Assembly (NCBI GenBank): GCA_900550255.1
Contig: URQZ01000005.1
Span: 8,208 to 72,207, forward strand
DNA: 64,000 nt
Direction: 5' to 3'
DNA from: an uncultured Mycoplasmatota bacterium
Lineage (GTDB): Bacteria > Bacillota_I > Bacilli_A > RF39 > UBA660
Shown one piece after another: positions 21,925 to 31,381 of this stretch. The translations under genes and the position numbers were made by a program. How positions within the stretch are numbered: position 1 is the first letter of the stretch; every line of letters begins with the position of its first letter. The notes below the pieces were generated by a model that ran no database searches, had not been told where the DNA came from, and saw only the letters and a list, made by a program, of their open reading frames with translations.

Positions 21925-22367
21925 TGAAATTACATTCAATACATGCTCAAGAAGGAGCTATTAAAAATCGTAAAAGAGTTGGACGTGGACCAGGAAGTGG
22001 TTTAGGAAAAACTTCTGGTAGAGGAGAAAACGGACAAAAATCTAGAAGCGGATATAGCCGTAAAGCTGGATTTGAAGGTGGACAATTACCACTATACCGT
22101 CGTTTACCAAAAAGAGGATTTAGTAATGCCAAATTTAAAACAGAATATGCTGTAATTAACTTAAGTGATTTAAATAAATTTGAAGATGGTGCCGTTGTTA
22201 CACCAGAATTATTAAAAGAAATGGGACTTTTAAAGAAACAATTATCTGGCGTTAAAGTGCTAGGATTTGGAAAATTAGAAAAGAAATTAACTGTTAAAGC
22301 TAATAAATTTTCTAGCAAAGCTTTTGAAGAAATAGAAAAATTAGGTGGAAAAGCAGAGGTGATTTAA
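21924..22367 (+). CDS. rplO: 50S ribosomal protein L15
   Basis: Conserved [15 protein letters not shown] motif. The start overlaps the rpsE stop, so there is no room for rpmD. Confidence 0.95.
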   Translation: MKLHSIHAQEGAIKNRKRVGRGPGSGLGKTSGRGENGQKSRSGYSRKAGFEGGQLPLYRRLPKRGFSNAKFKTEYAVINLSDLNKFEDGAVVTPELLKEMGLLKKQLSGVKVLGFGKLEKKLTVKANKFSSKAFEEIEKLGGKAEVI

Positions 22368-23642
22368 TTGTTTGCAAGATTTAAGCAACTATTTAATCCC
22401 AAAAATAAAGATTTAAGAAAAAGAATATTATTTACTTTTGTAGTTTTGTTTATATTTAAACTAGGAACAACAATAGTTGTACCTGGAATTGATAAGGAAT
22501 CGTTAGGAACAAACAATTTAGGATTTTTAGAATTAATTAATGCTATGGGTGGAGGAGCTTTAGAGCAATTTTCAATTTTTGCTTTAGGTGTAATGCCATA
22601 CATTACAGCATCGATTGTTGTTCAATTATTACAAATGGATATTATTCCATATTTCGCCGAACTTTCTAAACAAGGAGGAACAGGTAGAACAAAATTAAAT
22701 CAAATAACTAGATATTTAGGAATAGCCCTTGCTTTTATTCAAGGATATATGTATTCTTTTGCATTTGTAAAAGGAGGAACTCCTATTGAATATATGATGT
22801 TTGCTTTAATTTTAACAGCTGGGACATCACTACTTTTATGGTTAGGTGATCAAATTACAGCTAAAGGAATTGGAAATGGTATTTCATTAATAATTATGGC
22901 TGGTATTATTGCTACAATGCCAAATATGTTTATTCAAGCATGGGATGGAATGATACCTGATGGAGCAACAACTCAACAATTAGCCTTTGGCATAACTAAA
23001 TTTGTGTTATTTGTTATAATGTATATTGCAATTATCTTAGGAGTTGTTTTTGTTGAAACTTCAGAAAGACGTATTCCAATTCAATATGCAAACAAATCAA
23101 CAAGTTCTAAATTAGCTAAACAAAACTATATACCATTTAAATTAAATTCTGCAGGTGTTATTCCAGTGATCTTTGCATCAGCAATTATTTCAATACCTGG
23201 AATGATAGCTAGTGCTTTAAAAAATGATGGATTTACATTGTTTGTTAATAAATGGTTAACTATGACAACACCAACTGGTTTTATTATTTATGTTTTGTGT
23301 ATATTTGCTTTTGCATATTTCTACACATTCTTACAATTAAAACCAAAAGAACTTGCAGAAAATTTAAATCAAAATGGTGGATTTATACCTGGTGTTAGAC
23401 CTGGTGATGAAACAGTAAATTATGTTAGTAAAGTCTTAAAAAGAATTACAACCGTTGGAGCATTAAGCTTAGTTATTATTGCTGCTATACCTATTATTTT
23501 TGGTGCTATATCAAGTTTACCAAGTAGTGTTAGAGTAGGTGGAACAAGTTTACTTATCGTTGTTGGAGTTGCACTTGAAACTTATAAACAATTAGATAGT
23601 GAACTTATAACACGTAGTCATACTCGTGGAAGAAGAAGATAG
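22368..23642 (+). CDS. secY: Preprotein translocase subunit SecY
   Basis: Ten-TM protein with conserved SecY motifs (GVMPYITASIVVQLL). TTG start. Confidence 0.95.
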   Translation: MFARFKQLFNPKNKDLRKRILFTFVVLFIFKLGTTIVVPGIDKESLGTNNLGFLELINAMGGGALEQFSIFALGVMPYITASIVVQLLQMDIIPYFAELSKQGGTGRTKLNQITRYLGIALAFIQGYMYSFAFVKGGTPIEYMMFALILTAGTSLLLWLGDQITAKGIGNGISLIIMAGIIATMPNMFIQAWDGMIPDGATTQQLAFGITKFVLFVIMYIAIILGVVFVETSERRIPIQYANKSTSSKLAKQNYIPFKLNSAGVIPVIFASAIISIPGMIASALKNDGFTLFVNKWLTMTTPTGFIIYVLCIFAFAYFYTFLQLKPKELAENLNQNGGFIPGVRPGDETVNYVSKVLKRITTVGALSLVIIAAIPIIFGAISSLPSSVRVGGTSLLIVVGVALETYKQLDSELITRSHTRGRRR

Positions 23643-23643
23643 T

Positions 23644-24303
23644 ATGGGAAGTATTATTATAATTGCCCCTCCAGCTGCTGGAAAGGGGACTCAATCTAAA
23701 TTAATATCTGATAAATATAATATTATGCACATTTCAACCGGTGATTTACTTCGTGATGAAATAAAAAATAAAACAGCAATTGGTAATAAAATAGATAATA
23801 TTTTAAAAGAAGGAAAATTAGTAAGTGATGAAATAATTCTAGATGTTTTATTACATCGTATTCAAAATTTAGATACGTACATTTTGGATGGTTTTCCTAG
23901 AAATGTAAGTCAAGCAAAAGCATATGAAGAAATGCTAAAGACTATAAATGGTAAAATTGATGTTGTTTTCTATATTGATTTACCAAAAGAAATTTCTAAA
24001 ATGAGAATATTATCTAGATTATCATGTGCAAGTTGTGGAAAAGTTTATAATACTGCAATTGAAGAAAATAAACCAAAAGTTGAAAATTTATGTGATGATT
24101 GTCAATCAACTTTAGTAAAAAGGGAAGACGATACAGAAGAAATTTTTGAAAGTCGTTATCAAGTTTATCTTGATGAAACAAAACCTTTGATTGATTTTTA
24201 TGCAAAAGAAAATGTATTATATAGAATAGATGGAAATTTAGATAAAATGAGCATCTTTAATGAAATTTGTTCAGTAATCGAGGGAAAAAATGATAACAAT
24301 TAA
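23644..24303 (+). CDS. adk: Adenylate kinase with a zinc-type lid
   Basis: ATG at 23644. Contains AGKGTQ and the lid cysteines CASCG...CDDC. The P-loop glycines are partly replaced by Ala. Confidence 0.9.
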   Translation: MGSIIIIAPPAAGKGTQSKLISDKYNIMHISTGDLLRDEIKNKTAIGNKIDNILKEGKLVSDEIILDVLLHRIQNLDTYILDGFPRNVSQAKAYEEMLKTINGKIDVVFYIDLPKEISKMRILSRLSCASCGKVYNTAIEENKPKVENLCDDCQSTLVKREDDTEEIFESRYQVYLDETKPLIDFYAKENVLYRIDGNLDKMSIFNEICSVIEGKNDNN

Positions 24304-25036
24304 ATCAGACAGAGAAATTGAATTAATGAAGCAAGCAGGAGCAATTGTTTGGGATACACATCAATATCTAAAACAATTTATAAAGGCTGGTATAACTACA
24401 AAGGAATTAGATGAAAAAGCAAATGACTTTATTATAAAATCAGGAGCAACTCCATCTTTTAAAAATTTATATGGTTTTCCAGGAACAATATGTATATCAA
24501 TAAATGATGAAGTTGTTCATGGTATTCCAGGTAAACGTAAATTAAAAAATGGAGATATAATTACTTTAGATATAGGTGCTTGCTATAAAGGATATCATGG
24601 TGATTCTGCTTGGACATATCCTGTTGGAAAAATTAGTCCAGCAAAAGAAAAATTATTACATGATACGGAAGAATCATTATTTGTAGGTTTATCAACCATA
24701 AAAGAAGGAGCGCATGTTGGTGATATTGGATATGCAATAGAACAATACGCTCATAAACATAATTTAGGTGTTGTGGAAGAGTTATGTGGTCATGGAGTTG
24801 GAACAGCTGTTCATGAAGATCCTGATGTACCTAACTTTGGTATTAAAGGAAGTGGGCCTGTTTTAAAAGCGGGTATGGTAATAGCTGTAGAACCAATGTT
24901 AAACATGGGAACACCTAATATATATATGTTGGATGATGATTGGACTATTATAACAGCTGATGGAATGCCATCTGCTCATTTTGAACACACTGTTGTTGTA
25001 ACAAAAGAAGGGTATACAATTTTAACAAAGAGGTGA
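24290..25036 (+). CDS. map: Type I methionine aminopeptidase
   Basis: Metal-ligand pattern (D..D..H..E..E) and conserved length. TGA stop. Confidence 0.93.
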   Translation: MITIKSDREIELMKQAGAIVWDTHQYLKQFIKAGITTKELDEKANDFIIKSGATPSFKNLYGFPGTICISINDEVVHGIPGKRKLKNGDIITLDIGACYKGYHGDSAWTYPVGKISPAKEKLLHDTEESLFVGLSTIKEGAHVGDIGYAIEQYAHKHNLGVVEELCGHGVGTAVHEDPDVPNFGIKGSGPVLKAGMVIAVEPMLNMGTPNIYMLDDDWTIITADGMPSAHFEHTVVVTKEGYTILTKR

Positions 25037-25040
25037 AATA

Positions 25041-25313
25041 ATGCCAAAAAAATTTAAAAATAATAGAAAAAATAATAATTCTAACAAAAATAGCGAACCA
25101 AAAAAAACGAACGCTATTGAAGTAGAAGGTAAAGTATTAGAAGTTTTACCTGGAGGACAATTCCGAGTAGAACTTGAAAATAAACATACTGTAATAGCTC
25201 ACGTTTCTGGTAAAATCCGAATGAATTATATTCGCATTTTAGCAGGGGATACAGTAGTTTTAGAGTTATCAGAATATGATTTAACACGTGGGCGTATAAC
25301 CTATAGAAAATAG
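25041..25313 (+). CDS. infA: Translation initiation factor IF-1 with a basic N-terminal extension
   Basis: S1-like core [52 protein letters not shown] before the ATG at 25041. Confidence 0.9.
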   Translation: MPKKFKNNRKNNNSNKNSEPKKTNAIEVEGKVLEVLPGGQFRVELENKHTVIAHVSGKIRMNYIRILAGDTVVLELSEYDLTRGRITYRK

Positions 25314-25324
25314 GAGGGATAAAT

Positions 25325-25438
25325 ATGAGAGTAAAAGCATCAGTTAAACCAAGATGCCCAAAATGTAAAGTTATTAAACGTAAGGGAAAAATACAAATAA
25401 TTTGTGAAAATCCAAAACATAAACAAAGACAAGGTTAA
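25325..25438 (+). CDS. rpmJ: 50S ribosomal protein L36 (37 aa; absent from the ORF track because it is under 60 aa)
   Basis: My own translation gives [45 protein letters not shown] upstream. Canonical infA-rpmJ-rpsM position. Confidence 0.93.
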   Translation: MRVKASVKPRCPKCKVIKRKGKIQIICENPKHKQRQG

Positions 25439-25453
25439 AATAGGAGGTGTTTT

Positions 25454-25819
25454 ATGGCACGTATTAAAGGTGTAGATATACCAAATAATAAAAGAATTGA
25501 AATTGCATTAACTTATATCTACGGAATTGGTAGAAGTTTATCAAAAAGAATTTTAAAAGATGCAAAAGTTGATGCTAATAAAAGAGCAGGACAATTAGAT
25601 AATGACGAATTAAATCGTATCCGTGAACAATTAGATAAATATACTATTGAGGGTGATTTAAGACGTGAAGTAAATATGAATATTAAATTACAAATGGAAA
25701 TTAATTCATATCGTGGAACTCGTCATAAAAAAGGATTACCTGTTAGAGGTCAAAGAACAAACAGAAATGCTAGAACTCGTAAGGGTAAAGGTAAAACTGT
25801 AGCTAATAAGAAAAAATAA
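25454..25819 (+). CDS. rpsM: 30S ribosomal protein S13
   Basis: Start [10 protein letters not shown]. Confidence 0.95.
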   Translation: MARIKGVDIPNNKRIEIALTYIYGIGRSLSKRILKDAKVDANKRAGQLDNDELNRIREQLDKYTIEGDLRREVNMNIKLQMEINSYRGTRHKKGLPVRGQRTNRNARTRKGKGKTVANKKK

Positions 25820-25844
25820 TTATTAAAAAAAGGAGGTTATAACT

Positions 25845-26228
25845 ATGGCTTATAAACCAAGAAAACGTAAAGTTAAAAAGAATGTACCAGAAGGTAAGGC
25901 TTATATTAAATCAACTTTCAATAACACTATTGTAACAATAAGTGATAAAGAAGGTAATGCAATAAGCTGGGCATCTGCTGGAACATTAGGATTTAAAGGA
26001 AGTAAAAAGTCTACTCCATTTGCAGCAGGAATGAGTGCAGAAGCTGCTGGTAAAGCTGCATTTGATATGGGAATGAGAAAAGTAGAAGTTTTTGTAAAAG
26101 GACTAGGATCAGGACGTGAAACAGCTATTCGTTCTTTACAAACAGCTGGTCTTGAAATATCTTCAATCACTGATGTAACACCTGTACCACATAATGGATG
26201 TCGTCCACCAAAACGTCCACGTGGATAA
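25845..26228 (+). CDS. rpsK: 30S ribosomal protein S11
   Basis: Conserved C-terminus [18 protein letters not shown]. Confidence 0.95.
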   Translation: MAYKPRKRKVKKNVPEGKAYIKSTFNNTIVTISDKEGNAISWASAGTLGFKGSKKSTPFAAGMSAEAAGKAAFDMGMRKVEVFVKGLGSGRETAIRSLQTAGLEISSITDVTPVPHNGCRPPKRPRG

Positions 26229-26248
26229 AAGAAAAGGAGTGTGTTAAA

Positions 26249-27199
26249 GTGTTAAACTTTGAAAAACCAATATATAAAATAACAGACTATATAGAAAAAA
26301 ATAATTATGGAAAATTTGAATTAGAACCTTTAGAAAGAGGATATGGTATTACTTTAGGTAATGCTCTTAGAAGAGTTATGTTATCTAGTATGCCAGGTAG
26401 TGCTATAGTTGCCGTTAGAATTGAAGGAGTAATGCATGAATTCCAAGCAATGGAAGGAATAGTTGAAGACGTAACAACAATAGTTTTAAATTTAAAAAAT
26501 ATCGTTGTTAAAAACCACTCCGAAGAAATTAAAACAGCTCATTTATCTGTTAATGAAGAAAGAGTAGTAACAGCAGCTGATATAGTTGTAGATCCAGATG
26601 TAGAAATTGTTAATCCAGATCAAGTTATTGCTACTATTTCTAAAGGTGGTAAATTAGAAATGGAATTCATTATTGCAAATGGACGTGGATACGTACAATC
26701 AACTGATAATAAAAAATATATAGAGAATGCAAAAGTTGGATTTATTCCAATTGATGCAATATATTCTCCTATTGAAAGAATTAGTTATGATGTTGATAAT
26801 GCTCGTGTTGGTCAAGATGCTAACTATGATAAACTTATTATGAATGTTAGTACTAATGGATCAATTCGTCCAGAAGAAGCAATGGCTCTTGGAGCAAAAA
26901 TATTAATTGAACATTTAAATATTATTACTAATTTAAGTGAAATAGCTGATACAACAGGAATAATGAATGCAAAACAAGAAGATTCAAAACAAAAGAAACT
27001 AGAAACTTCTATTGATGATTTAGATTTCTCTGTACGTGCATATAACTGTTTAAAAAGAGCAGGTATTAATACACTAGGAGATTTAACAGAAAAATCAGAA
27101 TTAGAAATGATGAAAATACGTAATTTAGGTAAAAAATCTTTAAAAGAAGTAATTGATAAAATTAAAGATATGGGCCTTAAATTCCGTGATGAAGATTAG
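26249..27199 (+). CDS. rpoA: DNA-directed RNA polymerase alpha subunit
   Basis: The GTG at 26249 follows AAGGAG and gives MLNFEKP.... The alpha-CTD is present. The track start at 26198 overlaps rpsK. Confidence 0.93.
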   Translation: MLNFEKPIYKITDYIEKNNYGKFELEPLERGYGITLGNALRRVMLSSMPGSAIVAVRIEGVMHEFQAMEGIVEDVTTIVLNLKNIVVKNHSEEIKTAHLSVNEERVVTAADIVVDPDVEIVNPDQVIATISKGGKLEMEFIIANGRGYVQSTDNKKYIENAKVGFIPIDAIYSPIERISYDVDNARVGQDANYDKLIMNVSTNGSIRPEEAMALGAKILIEHLNIITNLSEIADTTGIMNAKQEDSKQKKLETSIDDLDFSVRAYNCLKRAGINTLGDLTEKSELEMMKIRNLGKKSLKEVIDKIKDMGLKFRDED

Positions 27200-27212
27200 T
27201 TAGGAGGATATT

Positions 27213-27569
27213 ATGGCTTACAGAAAATTAGGACGCACTAATAAACATAGAAGAAGCATGTTAGCTAATTTAACTAGAAACGTCATTAAAAACGAAAGAA
27301 TTGAAACAACAGAAGCAAGAGCTAAAGAAGTTCGTAAATTTGTTGATAAAATGATTTCATACGGAAAAGACGGATCATTAGTTGCTAGAAGAAAAGCTTT
27401 AGCATTTATGCAAAATGATAAAGAAGCTACTACAAAAGTATTTGATGATTTAGCTAAACGTTATGCTACTAGAAATGGTGGATATACAAGAATTCTAAAA
27501 TTAACTGAACGCAGAGGTGACGATGCACTTATGGTTATCTTAGAATTAGTAGAAGGAGATGCAAAATAG
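27213..27569 (+). CDS. rplQ: 50S ribosomal protein L17
   Basis: Start [16 protein letters not shown]. Confidence 0.95.
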   Translation: MAYRKLGRTNKHRRSMLANLTRNVIKNERIETTEARAKEVRKFVDKMISYGKDGSLVARRKALAFMQNDKEATTKVFDDLAKRYATRNGGYTRILKLTERRGDDALMVILELVEGDAK

Positions 27570-27580
27570 CATCTTTTTTT
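27557..27580 (+). terminator. Rho-independent terminator overlapping the rplQ stop
   Basis: Stem agatgc/gcatct, 6-nt loop, T7 run. Confidence 0.6.
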
Positions 27581-27636
27581 ATTGTTTTTAATCGGCGTTT
27601 TTGATATAATAGCAAACAATTAAGGGGGAATAATAT

Positions 27637-28470
27637 ATGTTAGATAATGATATAGTATTAGCGCAACAAATAGTTTCAGGTAAATATTCTAACTATGATG
27701 ATTCTAAAGTTTATCATGATAATTCATTTATATATAAATTTTCAAATGAAATGATATCTTACTATCAGAAATATCTAGAAAATAGAAAGAAAGCTTTGAT
27801 TATTACGGCTTCTGGTGACCAAATACTTAATAGTATTTTATCCGGTACTTATGATATAACTTCATGTGATATAAGTAGATTTCCTAAGTATTTTTTTGAA
27901 TTAAAAAAAGCCGCGATTTTATCTTTAACTAAAGATGAATATTTTGATTTTTTCTTAAAAGATGATTGCTATGATGATATATTAAATGATGATCTTTATG
28001 ATAAAATTAGAGAAAATTTAAAAGAAGAAAATAAAGAATTTTGGGATGGATTATTTCAATTTTTTGAAGGTGGAGAAATTTATAATTCACAATTATTTTC
28101 TCATGAAATAATAACTCCATATACAGTAATATCTAGAAATAATTATATGAAAGATGATAATTATGAAAAATTACAACAACAAATAAAAAAAGCTAATGTT
28201 AATCATAAAGTAGGGGATATAAGAGATATTCTTTTAACTGATAATAACAAGTATGATTTAGTAAATTTATCAAGTATTATTTATTTTTATCGTGGTAATT
28301 ATAAAGAATTATTAAAAAATATTAATCTTAATGAAAAAGGAATCATTTTATCTTATTTATTTGATAATAAAAGAAAAAGAAAATATGAAGAAATATTTTT
28401 TGAAGAGGAATTTACTTTAGATTATCTTACTCCAAATGATTGTGCATTAGTATATAAAAAAGTTAAATAG
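27637..28470 (+). CDS. DUF3419-like protein (BtaA-like SAM-dependent transferase fold), function unknown
   Basis: The pattern LIITASGDQILNSIL...DISRFPKYFFELKKAAILSLTKDEYFDFF resembles the DUF3419 signature ItSaG.N.L...D.N..Q..LLeLK.AA...L. Shorter than typical family members. Confidence 0.45.
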   Translation: MLDNDIVLAQQIVSGKYSNYDDSKVYHDNSFIYKFSNEMISYYQKYLENRKKALIITASGDQILNSILSGTYDITSCDISRFPKYFFELKKAAILSLTKDEYFDFFLKDDCYDDILNDDLYDKIRENLKEENKEFWDGLFQFFEGGEIYNSQLFSHEIITPYTVISRNNYMKDDNYEKLQQQIKKANVNHKVGDIRDILLTDNNKYDLVNLSSIIYFYRGNYKELLKNINLNEKGIILSYLFDNKRKRKYEEIFFEEEFTLDYLTPNDCALVYKKVK

Positions 28471-28535
28471 ATGTATAAAACATCTTTTAATTTGGCTAAA
28501 TTTTATGTACGTGTTATAATATTTATGGTGATAAT

Positions 28536-29288
28536 ATGAAAGCATTAATAACTGGTGCATCATCGGGAATAGGAAAAGAAATGGCTAAAATTTTGAGTCA
28601 TAAAGGTTATGACCTTATTTTAGTTGCTAGAAGAAAAAAAAGATTAGAGGAATTAAAGAAAGAATTACCGACTAAAGTTAAAATAATTACTTTAGATATA
28701 TCATCCACTTTTAATTGTATGAAACTATATGATAAAGTAAAAAAAGAGGATATAGATATCATTATTAATAACGCCGGATTTGGTTTACTAGGGGAATTTT
28801 ATGAAACTAATATTGATAAAGAACTTGATATGATAGATACGAATATTAAAGCCGTACATATTTTAACAAAACTATTTTTACAAGATTTTATCTTAAAAGA
28901 TAAAGGATATATTTTAAATGTTTCAAGCAGTGCCTCATTTTTAGCTGGACCATTAATGTCAACTTATTATGCTACTAAAAATTATGTTTCAAGATTAACA
29001 GAAGCAATTTATGAAGAACTAAGACGAAAAAAAAGTAATGTATATGTTGGTTTACTTTGTCCAGGTCCTGTTGATACAGAATTTAATGAAGTCGCAAATG
29101 TGAAATTTTCTTTGAAAGGACAGTCATCAGAATATGTAGCTAAGTATGCTATTGATCAGATGTTTAAAAGAAAGTTAATAATTATTCCAGGCTTTAAAAT
29201 GAAATTTATATGTTCTATGAATAAATTTGTTCCAAAAAAATTATTGCTAAAAATAACTTATAATATACAAAAAAAGAAGGATGTGTAA
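28536..29288 (+). CDS. Short-chain dehydrogenase/reductase (SDR) family oxidoreductase
   Basis: TGASSGIG cofactor motif, NNAG, catalytic S...YxxxK (YYATK). Confidence 0.85.
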   Translation: MKALITGASSGIGKEMAKILSHKGYDLILVARRKKRLEELKKELPTKVKIITLDISSTFNCMKLYDKVKKEDIDIIINNAGFGLLGEFYETNIDKELDMIDTNIKAVHILTKLFLQDFILKDKGYILNVSSSASFLAGPLMSTYYATKNYVSRLTEAIYEELRRKKSNVYVGLLCPGPVDTEFNEVANVKFSLKGQSSEYVAKYAIDQMFKRKLIIIPGFKMKFICSMNKFVPKKLLLKITYNIQKKKDV

Positions 29289-29291
29289 ACT

Positions 29292-29630
29292 ATGAATAAT
29301 AAAGGATTAACGCTTATAGAATTACTAGCTACACTACTAGTACTTGCTATTGTAGCAACTATCGTTTCTACAAACATAACAGGTATCATAAAAAATAAAA
29401 GAAATGAAGCAAATGAGTATCAAGAAAATATAATAAAAGAAGCAGCAGAATCATATGTTGCCGATTCTATAAATGATGGCAATGATGTATGTGAAAAATC
29501 TATTTCAGTATCAACTTTAATTCAAGATGGATATTTAGATGATGAGTATAAAAAATATGGCTATAGTGTTAAAGTAACTTGCACAACTAAAGGTACAAAT
29601 CAAATATATAGTTATGAAATAGAAAAATAA
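29292..29630 (+). CDS. Prepilin-type N-terminal cleavage/methylation domain protein (ComGC-like pseudopilin)
   Basis: N-terminus MNNKG|LTLIELLATLLVLAIVA, with Gly at -1 and Glu at +5. About 110 aa, with LIQDGYLD in the C-terminal part. Confidence 0.75.
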   Translation: MNNKGLTLIELLATLLVLAIVATIVSTNITGIIKNKRNEANEYQENIIKEAAESYVADSINDGNDVCEKSISVSTLIQDGYLDDEYKKYGYSVKVTCTTKGTNQIYSYEIEK

Positions 29631-29651
29631 AAGCTTTTAAAGCTTTTTTTT
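29629..29651 (+). terminator. Rho-independent terminator after the pseudopilin gene
   Basis: Stem aaaagc/gctttt followed by a T run. Confidence 0.45.
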
Positions 29652-29702
29652 CTTGTATATTTAGGTTAAATATACTATAATAACAACTATGTTGGTGATA
29701 GT

Positions 29703-30482
29703 ATGAAAAATATTTTAAATATTGAAAATTTAAGTTTTAATTATGAAAATTTAGAATTGTTTAAAAACTTAAATTTAGTAATAAAAGAAGGAAGTTTTAT
29801 AACTATATTAGGTTCTAGTGGTAGTGGAAAAACAACTTTAATAAAAATTCTAAAAAACGAATTAAAACACAGTGGAAAAACTAGTATAAATGTTTCAAAA
29901 AAAGAAGTTAGTTTTTGTTCTGACTTTGAAAACATTAAATTTTTTCAAGATAAAGTAGAGGAAGAGTTAAAAGAATCTTTAAGAAATTATAAATTGTCAA
30001 AAAAAGAAATAAAGGAAAAAATTGAACAATTATCAAAAGAATTAAATATAAAAAATTTACTAGATTGTTCAACTAAATATCTAAGTGCTTCTGAAAAACA
30101 AATAATTGCTCTAACTAAAGCTTTAATAAATAATCCTGAAGTTTTAATTTTAGATGATTCAATGTTATTAATGGATAATAAACAAAGAGATTTAGTTTTT
30201 AAATATTTAAAAAAAATTAATACAAAAAATAAAATAACAATAATTAATTTAACATCAAATGTTGAAGATTCTATTTATGGTAAACAAATTGCTATTTTAA
30301 ACAATGGAGAAATAATGACTAAAGATAAAAAAGAAAAAGTATTAGAAAAAGAAAAAGACTTTAAACAAGCAAATTTGAATTTACCATTCATAGCTGATTT
30401 GTCTATTAAACTTGGTTATTATGAGCTTTTAAATAAAATTGTTTTAGATAAAAATAAGATGGTGGATATATTATGGAAATAA
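29703..30482 (+). CDS. ecfA1: ECF transporter ATPase EcfA1-like with degenerate catalytic motifs
   Basis: Walker A GSSGSGKTT. The signature is LSASEKQ and Walker B is LILDDS, which lacks the catalytic Glu. No H-loop His. Canonical position downstream of rplQ. Confidence 0.7.
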   Translation: MKNILNIENLSFNYENLELFKNLNLVIKEGSFITILGSSGSGKTTLIKILKNELKHSGKTSINVSKKEVSFCSDFENIKFFQDKVEEELKESLRNYKLSKKEIKEKIEQLSKELNIKNLLDCSTKYLSASEKQIIALTKALINNPEVLILDDSMLLMDNKQRDLVFKYLKKINTKNKITIINLTSNVEDSIYGKQIAILNNGEIMTKDKKEKVLEKEKDFKQANLNLPFIADLSIKLGYYELLNKIVLDKNKMVDILWK

Positions 30483-31300
30483 AATTTGATAAAGTAAATT
30501 TTACTTATAAAAAAATTAACTATTGTGAGCATGAAGTTTTAAAAAATATAAATATAAAATTAAAAGCAGGTAAAATAAATGCTATAGTTGGAAAAAGTGG
30601 ATCAGGAAAAACAACACTATTAGAGTTAATTACAGGTATTTTAAAACCAACAACAGGAAAAGTCTTAATAGATGAAAAAGAAATTGATAATCTAAATAAT
30701 GCTTTTGATATTGGATATGTTTCTCAAGATAATAACCAATTTTTACAAAAAACAGTAAAAGAAGAATTAGAAATGCTTTTAAAACTATATAACTATAAAT
30801 TAAAAGAAAAAAAGAAAAGAATAAATGACTCTTTAATTATGGTAGGTTTAAATGAAAAATATTTAAATTTAAATATAAATAATTTAAGTAGTGGTGAGAA
30901 GAAAAAACTAGCTCTAGCTTCTGCTCTTATTTTAAATCCCAGCATTTTAATAATTGATGAACCAGTTATCGGTTTAGATAGAAAGACGAAAGAAGAATTA
31001 AAAAAAATATTTAGAATTTTAAAAACTAGATATAATAAAACAATAATTTTTGTAAGTAATAATTTAGATTTTGTCCTAGAAGTAGCTGATTATGTTTATG
31101 TGTTATATGATAAAGAAATAGTTTTAGAAGGTAAAAAAATCGATGTTTTAAGTAAGACAGATATTTTAAAAAAATATGGAATAATAGGTCCGAATATAAC
31201 TTCATTTGAAAACTTGGTATTAACTAAAAAACAAATAAAAATTGGATATAGATATGAAATAAATGATTTAATTAAAGATATATATCGTTGTTCTAATTGA
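30473..31300 (+). CDS. ecfA2: ECF transporter ATPase EcfA2-like
   Basis: Walker A GKSGSGKTT, Q-loop VSQD, signature LSSGEKKK, Walker B LIIDEP. Overlaps the ecfA1 stop. Confidence 0.75.
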   Translation: MEIKFDKVNFTYKKINYCEHEVLKNINIKLKAGKINAIVGKSGSGKTTLLELITGILKPTTGKVLIDEKEIDNLNNAFDIGYVSQDNNQFLQKTVKEELEMLLKLYNYKLKEKKKRINDSLIMVGLNEKYLNLNINNLSSGEKKKLALASALILNPSILIIDEPVIGLDRKTKEELKKIFRILKTRYNKTIIFVSNNLDFVLEVADYVYVLYDKEIVLEGKKIDVLSKTDILKKYGIIGPNITSFENLVLTKKQIKIGYRYEINDLIKDIYRCSN

Positions 31301-31381
31301 TAATAAAATAACATAATTTTTAATATAATTTGCTCAAACCTTTAAATATTTGGTAAAATAGTAATGAAATGAGGTTTTATT

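Noticed and set aside
25034-25036. Possibility of Mollicutes-type genetic code 4 (TGA read as Trp), given the very low GC and reduced features (no L30, no ecfT).
   Set aside because: TGA terminates conserved genes at their expected ends (for example map at 25034-25036, several ATGA overlaps in the island, and the integrase fragment). Trp positions in conserved proteins are encoded by TGG.
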